Of a DNA stretch of 64,000 nucleotides, positions 32,160 through 46,800 are shown piece after piece. The notes below the pieces were generated by a model, which was given only the letters and a program-made list of their open reading frames with translations, was not told where the DNA came from and did no database searches. Both the position numbers and the translations under genes were made by a program. The DNA is from the human T2T-CHM13v2.0 reference genome, Homo sapiens. The stretch is taken from assembly GCF_009914755.1 (NCBI RefSeq), contig NC_060939.1; one strand, written 5' to 3'. Position 1 is the first letter of the stretch, and each line of letters begins with the position of its first letter.

Positions 32160-33694
32160 TGAGCAGTTTGGAAATTCCGTTGTTGTAGAATCTGCAAAGG
32201 GATATTTGTGAGTGCTTTGAGGCCATGGTGAAAAAGGAAATACCTTCACATAAAAACTATAAAGAAGGTTTCTGAGAAACTGCTCTGTGATGTGTGCATT
32301 CATCTCACCGAGTTAAACGTTTCATTCCTTTGATCAGTCTGGAAACTCAGTTCTTGTACAATCTGCAAAATGGTATTTGTGAGTGCTTTGAGGCCTATGG
32401 TGGAAAAGGAAATATCTTCACATAAAAACTAGACAGACGCTTTCTGAGAAACTACTTTGTGGCGTGTGCATTCATCTCACAGAGTTAAACCATTCTTTTG
32501 ATTGAAATGCTTGGAAATGGTGTTTTTGTAGAATCTGCAGAGGGATATTTGTGAGAGCTTTGAGGCCTATGGTGAAAAAGGAAATATCTTCACATAAAAA
32601 CTAGAAAGAAGGTTTATGAGAATCTGCTTTGTGATGTGTGCATTCATCTCACAGAGGTAAATGTTTCTTTTCATTGAGCAAATGAGAAACTCTTTTCTTG
32701 TAGAATCTGCAAAGGGATATTTGTGAGCACTTTGAGGCCTATGGTGAAAAAGGAAATATCATCACATAAAAACTTGACAGAAGTTTCTGAGAAACTTCCT
32801 GGTTATGTATGCATTCATCTCACAGAGTTGAACTATTCTTTTGATTGAGCAGTTTGGAAACAGTATTTTTGTAGAATTGACAAAGGGATATTTGTGAGTG
32901 CTTGGAGGCCAATGGTGAAAAAGGAAATATCTTCACATAAAAACTAGACAGAAGCTTTCTGAGAAACTTTTTTTGTTAGTGTGCACTCATCTCACAGAGT
33001 TGAACCATTCTTTTGATAGAGCAGTTTGGTAACAATCTTTTTGTAAAATCTGCAAAAGGATATTTCTGAGCACTTTGAAGCCTATGGTGAAAAAGGAAAT
33101 ATCTTCACATAAAAACTAGAAAGAAGGTTTCTGAGAAACTGCTTTGTGATGTGTGAATTCATCTCACAGAGTTAAACCTTTCTATTGATAGAGCATATTG
33201 GAAACAGTCTTTTTGTAGAATCTGCAAAGGGATATTTGTGAATGTTTTGAGGCCTGTGGTGAAAAAGGAAATATCTTCACTTGGGACAGAAGCTTTCTGA
33301 GACACTTCTGTGTGATGTGTGCACTCATCTCACACTGTTGAAACATTCTTTTGATTGAGCAGTCTGGAAACAGTCTTTTTGTAGGATCAGCAAAGGAATA
33401 TTTGTGAGCACTTTGAGGCCTATGGGGAAAAAGGAAATAACTTCACATGAAAACTAGACAGAAGGTTTCTGAGAAACTGCTTTGTAATGTGTGCATTCAT
33501 CTCACAGAGGTAAAGGTTTCTTTTCATTGAGCAGATGGGAAACTCTTTCCTTGTAGAGTCTGCAAAGGGATATTTGTGAGTGCTTTGAGGCCTATGGTGA
33601 AAAAGGAAATATTTTCATATAAAATGTAGACAGAAGCTTTCTGAGAGATTTATTTGTGACGTGTGCATTCATCTCATAGAGTTGAACCATTCTT
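32160..33694 (+). repeat. Monomeric alpha satellite
   Basis: About 171-bp units (...ggcctatggtgaaaaaggaaatatcttcacataaaaactagacagaag...), diverged. No CENP-B box seen by eye. Confidence 0.97.
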
Positions 33695-34869
33695 CTTTTT
33701 TTTTTTTTTTGGAGCTCTGGGTTTATTTATTTATTTATTTACTTTTATTATTATTATACTTTAAGTTTTAGGGTACATATGTACAATGTGCAGGTTTGTT
33801 ACATATGTATACATGTGTCATGTTTGTGTGCTGCACCCATGAACTCATCATTTAGCATTAGGTATATCTCCTAATGCTATCCCTCCCCCTCCCCCCACCC
33901 GAATACAGTCCCTGATGTGTGGTGTGTGGTGTTTTGCTTCCTGTGTTCATGTGTTCTCATTGATCAATTCCCAACTATGAGTGAGAACATGTGGTGTTTG
34001 ATTTTTTGTCCTTCCAATAGTTCGCTGAGAGTGATGGTTTCCAGCTTCATCCATGTCCCTACAAAGGAAATGAACTCATTATTTTTATGGCTGCATAGTA
34101 TTCCATGGTGTATATGTGCCACATTTTCTTCATACAGTCTATCGTTGTTGGACATTTAGGTCAGTTCCAAGTCTTTGCTGTTGTGAATAGTGCCGCTATA
34201 AACATACGTGTGCATGTGTCTTTAAAGCAGCATGATTTATAATCCTTTGGGTATATACCCAGTAATGGGATGGCTGAGTCAAGTGATATTTCTAGTTCTA
34301 GATCCCTGAGGAATCACCACACTGACTTCCACAATTGTTGAACTAGTTTACAGTCCACCAACAGTGCAAAATGTTCCTATTTCTCACATCCTCTCCAGCA
34401 CCTGTTGTTTCCTAACTTTTTAATTATCACCATACTAACTGGTGTGAGATGATATCTCATTGTGGTTTTGGTTTGCATTTCTCTGATAGCCAATGATGAT
34501 GAGCATTTTTTCATTTGTTCATTAGCTGCATAAATGTCTTCTTTTGATCAGGGTCTGTTCATAACCTTCAACAACTTTTTGATGGGGTTGTTTGACTTTT
34601 TTCCTGTAAATTTGTCTGAGTTCATTGTAGATTCTGGATATTAACCCTTTGTCAGATGAGTAGGTTGCAAAAACTTTCTCCCATTCTGTAGGATGCCTGT
34701 TCACTCTGATGGTGGTTTCTTTTGCTGTGCAGAAGCTCCTTAGTTTAATTAGATCCCATTTGTCAATTGTGGCTTTGTTGCCATTGCTTTAGGTGTTTTA
34801 GACATGAAGTCCTTGCCCATGCCTATGTCCTGAATGGTATTGCCTAGGTTTTCTTCTAGGGATTTTATG
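33695..34869 (-). mobile_element. 5'-truncated L1PA4/5-like element (about 1.17 kb)
   Basis: L1 3'UTR and ORF2 end in antisense. TSD tgaa(c/g)cattctt at 33683-33694 and 34870-34881. Confidence 0.92.
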
Positions 34870-37800
34870 TGAAGCATTCTTTTGATTAATCAGTTTGGAT
34901 ACTCTGTTCTTGTAGAATCTGCAAGGAGATATTGGTGAGCGCTTTGAGGCCTTTGGGGAAAAATGAAATACCTTCACATAATAAATAGACAGAAGTTCTC
35001 TGAGAAACCTCCTTGTCATGTGTGCATTCATCTCACAGAGTTGAAACAGTCTTTTTGCTGAGCAGTTTGAAAACTGTCTATTTGTAGATTCTGCAAAGGG
35101 ATATTTATGAGCGCTTTGAGGCCTATGGTGAGAAAGGAAATATCTTCACATAAAAACTAGACAGAAAATTTCTGAGAAACCTCTTTGTGATGTGTGCATT
35201 TATCTCACAGAGTTGAACCATTCTTTTGATTGAGCAGTTTGTAAACAGACTTTTTGTAGAATCCGCAAAGGGATATTTGTCAGCTCTATGAGGCCTATGG
35301 TGAAAAAGGAAATATCTTCAATAAAAACTATAAAGAATTTTTCTGAGAAGCTGTTCTGTAAGATGTGCACTCATCTCAGAGAGATAAAAGTTTCTATTCT
35401 TTGATGAGTCTGGAAACTCTGTTCTTGTAAAATCTGCAAAGGGATATTTGTGAGTGGCTTTAGGCCTATGGTGAAAAAGGAAATATCTTCACATAAAAAC
35501 TAGACAGAAGACTTCAGAGAAACTTCTTTGTGATATGTGCATTCATCTCACAGAGTTGAATCATTCTTTTGATTGAGAAGTTTGGAAACAGTCTTTTCAG
35601 AGAATCTGCAAAGGGATATTTTGAGTGCTTTGATAGGTATGGTGAAAAGGGAAATATCTTCAAATAAAAAGTGGACAGAAGCTTTCTGAGAAACTTCTTT
35701 GTGATGTGTGCATTCATCTCACAGAGTTGAAACTTTCTTTTGATTAAGCAGTTTGGAAAGAGTCCTTTTCTAGAATCTGCAGAGGGATATTTGTGAGCCC
35801 TTTATGGCCTAAGGTGAAATAGGAAATATCTTCACATAAAAACTAGACAGAAGCATTCTGAGAAACTTCTTTGTGAAGTGTGCTTTCCTATCACAGAGTT
35901 ATACCTCTCTTTTGATTGAGGAGTTTGGAAGCAGTCTTTTTGTAGAATATGCAAATGGATATTTGGAGTGCTTTGGGGGCTAGACAGAAACATTCTGAGA
36001 AACTTCTTTGCGATGTATGCATTCATATCACAGAGTTGAACCTTTCTTCTGATTGAGGAGTTTCAAAAGAGTCCTTTTGTAGAATCTGCAAAGGGATATT
36101 TGTGAGCCCATTGAGGCCTATGGTGAATTAGGAAATAGCTTCACATAAAAACTAGTCAGAAGATTTCTGAGAAACTTCTTTGTGATGTGTACTTTCATCT
36201 CACAGAGTTGAACCTTTCTTTTGATTGAGCAGTTTGGAAACACACTTTTTGTAGAATCTGCAAATGGATATTTAGAGCGCTTTGAGGACTATGGTGAAAA
36301 AGGAAGTATCTTCACATAAAAACTAGAAAGCAACATTCTATGAAACTTCTTTGTGATGTGTGCTTTCACCTCACAGAGTTGAACCTTTCTATTCATTGAG
36401 CAGTTTGGAAACCATCTTTTTGTAGAATCTGCAAATGGATATTTGGAGAGTTTTGAGGCCTTGGTGAGAATGGAAATATCTTCACATAAAAACTAGATAG
36501 AAGCATTCTGAGAAACTTCTTGGTGACGTGTGCATTCATCACACAGAGTTGAACCTTTCTTTTGATTGAGCACTTTGGAAACAGTCTTTTTGTAGTATCT
36601 GTAGAGGGATATTTGCGAGCGGTTTGAGGCCTATGGTGAAAAAGGAAATATCTTCACATAAAAACTAGAGAGAAGCTTTCTGAGAAACTTCTTTGTGATG
36701 TGTGAATTCATCTCACAGTGTTGAACCCTTCTTTGGATTGAGCAGTTTGGAAACCATCCTTTTGTAGAATCTGCAAAGGTATATTTCTGAGCCCATTGAG
36801 GCCTATGGTGAAATATGAAATATCTTCCCATAAAAACTAGACAGAAGGTTTCTAAGAAACATCTTTGTGATGTGTGCTTCCATCTCACAGAGTTGAACCT
36901 TTCTTTTGATTGGGAAGTTTGGAAACACTCTTTTTGTAGAATCTGCAAATGGATATTTGGAGCACTTTGAGGCCTATGGTAAAAAAGGAAATATCATCAC
37001 ATAAGTATTAGATGGAAGCATTCTGAGAAACTTCTTTGTGATGTTTGCATCCATCTCACACAGTTGAACATTTGTTTGATTGAAGATTTGGACACAGTCT
37101 TTTTGAAAAAACTACAAAGGGATAATTGTGAACCCTTTGAGACCTATGGTGAAGTAGGAAATATCTTCATATAAAAACTACACAGAAACATTCTGGGAAA
37201 CTTTTTTTGTGATGGGTGCATTCATCTCACAGAGTTGAAGCTTTCTTTTGCTAGCGCAGTTTGGAAACAGTCTTATTGTAGAATCCCCAAAGGGATATTT
37301 CTGAGCCCATTGAAGCCTTTGGTGATATAGGAAATACCTTCACATGAAAGCTAGACAGAAGATTTCTGAGAAACTTCTTTTCAATGAGTGCTTTCAGCTC
37401 AAAGAGTTGAGCATTTCTTTTGACTGAGCAGTTTGGAAACACTCTTTTTGCAGAATCTGCAAATGGATAATTGGAGTGTTTTGAGGCCTATGGTGAAAAA
37501 GGAAATATCTTCACATAACAACCAAACAGAAGTTTTCTGAGAAACTACTTTGTTATGCATGCATTCATCTCACAGAGTTGAAACTTTCTTTTGATTCAGC
37601 CGTTTGTAAACAGTCTTTTTGTATAATCTGCAAATGGATATTTGGAGCGCTTTGAGGCCTATAGTGAAAAAGGAAATATCTTCACAAAAAAAGTAGAAAG
37701 AAACACTCTGAGAAACTTCTTTGTGATATGTGCTTTCATCTCACAGAGTCGAACCTTTCTTTTCATTGAGCAGTTTGGAAACAGACTTTTTATAGAATCT

Positions 37801-40800
37801 GGAAATGCATATTTGGAGCGCTTTGGGGCCTATGGTGAAAAAGGAAATATCTTCAGATAAACACTAAACAGAAGATTTCTGAGAAACTTCTTTGTGATGC
37901 GTGCATTCATCTCACAGAGTTGAAACTTTCTTTTGATTGAGCCGTTTGTAAACAGTCTTTTTGTATAATCTGCAAATGGATATTTGGAGCGCTTTGAGGC
38001 CTATAGTGAAAAAGGAAATATCTTCACAAAAAAAGTAGAAAGAAACACTCTGAGAAACTTCTTTGTGATATGTGCTTTCATCTCACAGAGTCGAACCTTT
38101 CTTTTCATTGAGCAGTTTGGAAACAGACTTTTTATAGAATCTGGAAATGCATATTTGGAGCGCTTTGGGGCCTATGGTGAAAAAGGAAATATCTTCAGAT
38201 AAACACTAAACAGAAGATTTCTGAGAAACTTCTTTGTGATGCGTGCATTCACATCACAGAGCTGAAACTTTCTTTTGATTTAGCAGTTTGTAAACAGTCT
38301 TTTGGTAAAATCTGCAAATGGATACTTTGAGTGCTTTGAGGCCTATGGTGAAAAAGGAAATTTCTTCACAAAAAAACTAGAAAGATACATTCTGAGAAAT
38401 TTCTTTGTGATGTGTGCTTTCAACTCACAGAGTTGAAACTTTCTTTTCACTGAGCAATTTGGAAACAGTCTTTTTGTGGAATCTGCAAAAAATATTTTTA
38501 AGCCCTTTAAGGCCCATGGTGTAACAGGAAATATCCTCACAAAAAAACTAGACAGAAGCTTTCTGAGAAACTTCTTTGTGATGTGTGCTTTCAACTCACG
38601 GAGTTATACCTTTCTTTTGATTGAGCAGTTTGGAAACAGTCTTTTTGTGGAATCAGCAAATGGATGTTTGGAGCGCTTTGAGACCTATGGTGAAAAAGGA
38701 AATACCTTCACATAAAAAATAGACGGAAGCATTGTGAGAAACATCTCTGTGATGTGTGCATTCATCTCATAGAGTTGAACCTTTCTTTGATTGAGCAGCT
38801 TGGAAACAGTCTTTTTGTGGAATCAGCAAATGGATGTTTGGAGTGCTTTGAAGCCCATGGTGAAAAAGGAAATACCTTCACATAAAAAAATAGACAGAAG
38901 CATTGTGAGAAACATCTCTGCAGTGTGTGCATTCATCTCATAGTGTTCAACCTTTGTTTGATTGAGCAGTTTGGAAAGAGTCCTTTTGTAGACTCTGCAA
39001 AGGGATATTTCTGAGCCCATTGAAGCCTAGGGTGGAAAAGAAATGTCTTCACATAAAAACTAGACAGAAGCATTCTGATAAACTTTTTTGTGATGTGTCC
39101 ATTCATCTTACAGAGTTAAAACTTTCTTTGGATTGAGCAGTTTGGAAACAGTCTTTTTGTAGAATCTGCAAAAAATTTTTTTGAGCCCTATATGACTGAA
39201 GGTGAAATAGGAAATATCTTCACAAAAAAAACTAGACAGAAGCATTCTGAGAAACTTCTTTGTGACGTGTGCTTCCGTGTCACAGAGTTGAACCTTTCTT
39301 TTGATTGAGCAGTTTGGAAACACTCTTTTTGTAGAATCTGCAAATGGGTATTTGGAGTGCTTTGAGGCCTATGGTCAAAAAAGAAATACCTTCACATAAA
39401 AACTAGACAGATGCATTCTGTGAAACTTCTTTGTGATGTGTGCATTCATCTCACAGAATTGAATCTTTCTTTGGATTCAGCAGTTTTCTAAACAGTCCTT
39501 TTGTAGAATCTGCAAAGGGATATGTCTGAGCCCATTGAGGGCTATGGTGAAAAAGGAAATATCTTCAAATAAAAACAGAAGCTTTCTGAGAAGCTTCCTG
39601 TGATGTGTGCATTCATCTCATAGAGTTGAATCTTTCTTTTGATTGAGCAGTTTAGAAACAGTCTTTTTGGAAAATGTGCAAAAGGATATTTCTGAGCCAT
39701 TTGAGGCCGATGGTGAAAAAGAAATATCTTCACATCAAAACTAGACAGAAACATTCTGAGAAACTTGTTTCTGATGTGTGCATTCATCTCACAGGATTGA
39801 ACCTTTCTTTTGTTTGAGCAGTTTGGAGTCTTTTTTTTTGAATATGCAAATGGATATTTGTGAGCGCTTTACAGCCTATGGTGAAATAGGAAATATCTTC
39901 ACATAAAAATAAGACAGAATCTTTCTGAGAAAATGCTTTGAGATGTGTGCTTTCATCTCACAGAGATGAACTTTTCTGTTGATCAAGCAGCTTGGAAACA
40001 TTCTTTTTGTAGAATCCGCAAATGGATATTTGCAGCACTTTTAGGCCTATGGTGAAAAAGGAAATATCTTCACAAAAACGCTAAAAAGAAGCTTTCTGAG
40101 AAACTTCTTTGTGATGTGTGGATTCATATCACAGAGCTGATCCTTTCTTTTGATTGAGCAGATTGGAAACCATCTTTTTGTACAATCTGCAATGGGATAT
40201 TTCTGAGCCGTTTGATGCCTATGGGGAAAAAGAATTATCTTCACATAAAAACTAGACAGAATCATTCTGAGAAATTTCCTTGTGTTGTGTGCCTTCATGT
40301 CACAGAGTTGAACCTTTCTTTTCTTGGAGCAGTTTGGAAACAGTATTTTTGTAGTATCTGCAGAGGGATATTTGTGAACAGTTAAAGGCCTATGGTGAAA
40401 AATAAAATATCTTCACATAAAAACTATACAGAAGCATTCCGAGAAACTTAGTTCTTTTGTGTGCATTCATCTGACAGAGATGAATCTTTCTTTTCTTTGA
40501 GCAGTCTATAAACAGTCTTTTTATACAATGTGCAAAGGGATATTTCTGAGCGGTTTGAGGCCTATGGTGGAAAAGTAGTATCTTCACATAAAAACTAGAC
40601 AGAAGCATTCTGAGAAACTTCTATTTTATGTGTGCATTCACCTCACAGAGTTGAAACTTTCTTTTCATTGAGTAGTTTGGAAAGAGTCTTTTTGTAGAAT
40701 CTTCAAAGGGATATTTGTGATTCCTTTGAGGCCTGTGGTGAAATAGGAAATATCCTCAAATAAAAAGACAGAAGCTTTCCAAGAAACTTCTTTTTGATGT

Positions 40801-43800
40801 GTGCTTTCATCTCACAGAGTTGACCTTTCTTTTGATTGAGAAGTTTGGAAACAGTCTTTTTGTGGAATCTGCAAATGGATGTTTGGAGTGCTTTGAGGCC
40901 TATGGTGAAAAAGTAAATATCTTCACATAAAAACTAGATGGAAGCATTCTGAGAAACTTCTTTGTGATGTGTGCATTCATCTCATGTTGTTGAGCCTATC
41001 TTTTGATATAGCAGATTGGAAACAGTCCTTTTGTTGTATCTGCAGAGGGATATTTGTGAGCGGTTTGAGGCTTATGGTGAAAAAGTAAATACCTTCACAT
41101 AAAAACTAGACAGAAGCATTCTGAGAAACTTCTCTGTGATGTGCGCATTCAACTCACAGATGTGAACCTTTCTTTAGATTGAGAAGTTTGGAAAGAGTCC
41201 TTTTTTAGAATCTGCAAAGGGATATTTCTGAGCCCATTGAGGCCAAGGGTGAAAAAGAAACATCTTCACATAAAAACTGGACAGATGCATTCTGATAAAC
41301 TTCTTTGTGATGTGTCCATTCATCTCACAGATTTGAACCTTTCTTTGGATTGAGCAGTTTGGAAAAAGTCTTTTTGTAGTATTTGCAAAAAATATTTGTG
41401 AGCCCTTTATGGTCTATGGTGAAAAAGGAAATATCTTCACATAAAAACTAGACAGAAGCTTTCTGAGAAACTACTTTGTGATGTGTGCTTTCATCTCACA
41501 GAGATGAACCTATCTTTTGAAAGAGCAGTTTGGAAACACTCTTTTTGTAGAGGCTGTAAATGGGCATTTGGAAAATTTTGAGGCCTATGGTGAAAAAGGA
41601 AATATCTTCAAATGAAAACCAGACAGAAGCATTCTGAGAAACTTCTTTGTGATGTGCGTATTCATCTCACAGAGATGAACATTTCTTTGGATGCAGCAGT
41701 TTGGAAACAGTCTTTTTGTAGTATCTGCAGAGGAATATTCATGAGCGGTTTAAGGCCTATGGTTAAAAAGAATATATCTTCACATAAAAAGCTGACAGAT
41801 CCATTGTGAGAAACTTGTTTATGATGTGTGCATTCATCTCACAGGGTTGAAACTTTCTTTAGATTGAGCAGTTTAATAAACACGCCTTTCATAGAATCTG
41901 CAAAGGGATATTTCTGAGCCCATTGAGGCCTATGGTGAAAAAGGAAATATCTTCACATGAAAGCTAAACAGAAGCTTCCTGAGAAACTTCTTTGTGATAT
42001 GTGCATTCATCTCACAGTGTTGAACCTTTCTTTTGATAGAGCAGTTTGGAAACAGTCTTTTTGTACAATCTGCAAAGGGATATTTCTGAGCCATTTGAGG
42101 CCTATTGTGATAGAGAAATATCTTCACATAAAACCTATACAAAAGCATTCTGAGAAACTTCTTTGTAATGTGTGCATTCATCACACAGAGTTGAACTTCT
42201 CTTTTGATTGAGCAGTTTGGAAGCAGTCTTTTTGTAGAATATGCAAAAGGATATTTGTGAGCCCTTTCAGGCCTATGGTGAAATAAGGAATATCTTCACA
42301 AAGAAAACTAAACAGAAGATTTCTGAGAAACTTCTTTGTGATGTGTGCTTTCATCTCACAGAGTTGAACTTTTCTTTTGATTGAGCAGTTTGGAAACAGT
42401 CTTTTTGTAGAATCTGAAGATGGATATTTGCAGCATTTTAGGCCTATGGTGAACAGGAAATATCTTCACATAAAAACTAGACAGAAGCATTCTGAGAAAC
42501 TTCTTTGTGATGTCTGCATTCACATCACAGAGTTGAAACTTTCCTTGGATTGAGAAGTTTGGAAAGAGTCCTTTTGTAGAATCTGTAAAGGGATATTTCA
42601 GAGCCAATTGGGGCCTATGGTGAAATAGGAAATGTCTTTACATAAAAACTAGGCAGAAGCTTTCTGAAAAACTACTTTGTGCTGTGTGCATTCACCTCAC
42701 AGAGTTGAACCTCTCTTTTGATTGAGCAGTTTGGAAACACTCTTTTTGTAGAACTTGCAAATGGATATTTGGAGTGCTTTGAGGCCTATGGTGAAAAAGG
42801 AAATATCTGCATATAAAAACTAGACAGAAACTTTCTGAGAAACTTCTTTGTAATGCATGCTTTCATCTCACAGATTTGGACCTTGCTTTTCATTGAGCAA
42901 TTTGGCAACAATTCATTTTGTAGAATCTGCAAAGGGATATTTGTGAGTGGTTTGAGGCCTATGGTGAAAAAGTAAATATCTTCACCTAAAACCCAGATAG
43001 AAGCATTTTCAGAAAACTCTTTGGATGTTTGCATTCATCTCACTGAGTTGAACCTTTCTGTTTATTGAGCAGTGTGGAAGCATACTTTTTGTGCAATCTG
43101 CAAAGGAATATTTGTTTACGGTTTGAGACCTATGGTAAAAAAGTAATATCTTCACATAAAAAGTTGATGGAAGCATTCTGAGAAACTAATTTTTTATGTG
43201 TGCATTGATCTCAAAGAGTTGAAACTTTCTTTTGATGAAACAGTTTGGAAACAGTTTTTTGAAGAATCTGAAAAGGGATATTTGTGATCCCTTTGAGGCC
43301 TAAGGTGAAATAGGGAATATCTTCACATAAAAACTAGACAGAAACTTTCTGAGAAACTTCTTTGTGATGTGGGCTTTCATCTCACAGATTTGAAACTTCA
43401 TTTCGATTGAGCAGTTTTGAAAGAGTCTTTTTGTAGTATCTGCAGAGGGCTATTAGTGAGCAGACTGAGGCCTATAGTGAAAAAGGAAATGGCTTCTCAA
43501 AAAAACTAGACAGAAGCATTCTGAGAGACTTCTTTGTAATGTGCGCATTCATCTTATAGAGTTAAACCTTTCTTTTCATTGAGCTTTTTGGAAACACTCT
43601 TTTTGTGGCATCTGTAAGGTTATAATTCTGAGCCCATTGAGACCTATTTTGAAATATGAAATATCTTCAAATAAAAACTAGATAGAAAGTTTCTAAGAAA
43701 CTCCTTTGTGATGTGTGCTTTCATCTCACAAAGTTAAAACTTTATTTTGATTGAGCAGTTTGGAAACACTTTTTTTTATAGAATCTGCAAGTGGATATTT

Positions 43801-46800
43801 GGAGCTCTTTGAGGCCCATGGTGAAAAAGGAAATATCTTCACATATAAACTAAACAGAAGTTTTCTGAGAAACTTCTTTGTGATGTGTGCATTTATCTCA
43901 CAGAGCTGTACCGTTCTTTTGATTGAGCAATTTGGAAACAGTTTTTTTGTAAAATCTGCAAATGGATATTTGGAGCGCTTTGAGGTGTATGGTGAAAAAT
44001 GAAACTTTTTCACATAAAACTAGACAAAAGCATTCTGAGAAGCTTCTTTGTGATGTGTGCTTTCGACACACAAAGTTTAACCTTTCTTTTCATTGAGCAG
44101 TTTGCAAACAGTCTTTTTGTAGAATCTGCAAAGGGATATTTGTTAGTAGTTTGAGGCCTATGGTGAAAAAGGAAATACCTTCACATAAAAACCAGAGAGA
44201 AGCTTTTTGAGAAACCTCTTTGTGATGTTTGCATTCATCACACAGAGTCAAATCTTCCTTTTCATTGAGCAGTTTGGAAACAGTTTTTTGCACACTCTGT
44301 AAAGGGATATTTCTGAGCAGTTTTAGGCCTATGTTGAAAAAGAAATATCTTCACATAAGAATTAGACAGAAGCATTCTGGGAAACTTCTTTGTGATATAT
44401 GCATCCAACCCACAGAGTTGAACCTTTCATTTCATTGGGTAGTTCGGAAACAGACTTTTCATAGAATCTGCAAAGGGATATTTCTGAGCCCTTTGTGGCC
44501 TATGGTGAAATAGGAAATATCTTCACATAAAAACTAGACAGAAGCTTTCTGAGAAACTTCTTTGTGATGCGTGCTTTCATCTCACAGGGTTGAACCTTTT
44601 TTTGATTGAGCAGTTTGGAAGCAGTCCTTTTGTAGAATCTGCAAAGGGATACTTCTGAGCCCTTTGAGTGCTATAGTGAAATAGGAAATATCTTCACATA
44701 ATAACTAGACAGAAGCATTCTGAGAAACTTCTTTGTGATGTATGCTTTCATTTCACAGAGTTGAACCTTTCCTTTGATTGAGCAGTTTGGAAACACTCTT
44801 TTTGTAGAATCTGTAAACAGATATTTGGAGTGATTTGAGGCATAAGGTGAAAAAGGAAGTATCTGCACATAAAAACTAGACAGAAACTTTCTGAGAAACT
44901 TCTTTGTGATGCGTGCTTTCATCTCACAGATTTGAACCTTTCTTTCATTGAACAGTTTGGGAACAAGTCATTTTGTAGAATCTGCAAAGGTATATTTGTG
45001 AGCAGTTTGAGGCCTATGGTGAAAAACTAAATATCTTCACATAAAAACCAGACAGAAATTTTTTGAGATAACTCTTTGTGATATTTGCAATCATCTCAAA
45101 GAGTTGAACCTCTCTCTTCATTGAGGAGTTTGGAGACATTCTTTTTGTGCAATCTGCAAAGGAATATTTCTGAGTGGTTTGAGGCCTATGGTGAAAAAGA
45201 AATAACTTCACATAAAAACTTGACAGAAGCATTCTGAGAAACGTCTTTTTTACCTGTGCATTCACCTCACAGAGTTGAACCTTTCTTTTCATTGAGCAGT
45301 TTGGAAGCAGTCTTTTTGTAGAATCTGCAAAGGGATATTTGTGATCCCCTTGAGTTCTATGGTGAAATAGGAAATATATTCACATAAATACTAGACAGAA
45401 GCTTTCTGAGAAACTTCTTTGTGATGTGTGCTTTCATCCTACAGAGTTGAACCTTTCTTTTGATTGATAACTTTGGAAACAGTATTTTTGAAGAGTCTAC
45501 AAACGGATATTTGGAGAGATTTGAGGCCTACATTTAAAAAGGAAATATATGCACATAAAAACAAGACAGAAGCATTTTGAGAAACTTCTTTGTGATGTGC
45601 ACTTTCATTTCACAGAGTTGAATCTTTCTTTTGAATGAACAGCTTGGAAACAGTCTTTTTGTACAATCTGCAAAGGTATATTTCTGAGCCATTTGAGGCT
45701 TATGGTGAAAACGAAATATCTGCACATAAAAACTTGACAGAAGCATTCTGAGAAACTTCTTTGTGATATGTCCATTCATGTCACAGAGTTGAACCTTTCT
45801 TTTGATTGAGCAGTTTGGAAGCAGTCCTTTTGTAGAATCTGCAAGGGATACTTGTGAGCCCTTTATGACCTGTGGTGAAATATGAAATATCTTCACATAA
45901 AAACTAGACAGAAGATTTCTGAGAAAATTCTTTCTGATGTGTGCTTTCATCTCACAGTGTTGAACCTTTCTTTTGATTGAGCAGTTTGGAAAGTCTTTTT
46001 GTTGAATCTGCAAATGGATATTTGGAACTATTTGAGGCCCATGGTGAAAAAGAAAGTATCTTCACATAAAAACTAGACAGAAGATTTCTGAGAAACTTCT
46101 TTGTGTTGTGTAAATTCATGTCACAGAATTCAACCTTTCTTTCGATTGAGCAGTTTGGAAACAGTCTTTTGTAGAAGCTGCAAAGGGAAATTTCTTAGCC
46201 GTTTGAGGCCTATAGTGAAAAAGAAATATCTTCACATAAAAACTAGATAGAAGCTTTCTAAGAAACTTCTTTGTGATGTGTCCATTCACCTCACAGAGTT
46301 AAACCTTTCTTTTGATTGAGGAGTTTGGAAAATGTCTTTTCTTAGAATCTACAAAGGGATATTTGTGAGCCCTTTATGGCCTATGTTGAAATATGAAATA
46401 TCTTCACATAAAAAATAGACAGAAGCTTTCTGAGAAACTCCTCTGTGGTGTGCACGTTTGTATCACAGAGTTGAACCTTTCATTTGATTGAGCAGTTTGG
46501 AAACAGTCTTTTTGTAGAATCTGCAAATGTATATTTGGAGTGTTTTAAGGCCTATAGTGAAAAAGGAAATATCTTCACATAAAAACTACACAGTAGCTTT
46601 TTGAGAAAACTCTTTGTGACATTTCCATTCATATCTAAGAGTTGACCATTTCTTTTCAGTGAGCAGTTTGGAAACAGTTTTTTTGTAGAAACTGCAAGGG
46701 GATATTTCTGAGCAGTTTGAGGCCAATGGTGAAAAATAAATATCTTCACATGAAAACTAGAGAAAAGCATTTTCAGAAACTTCTTTGTGATGTGTGCATT

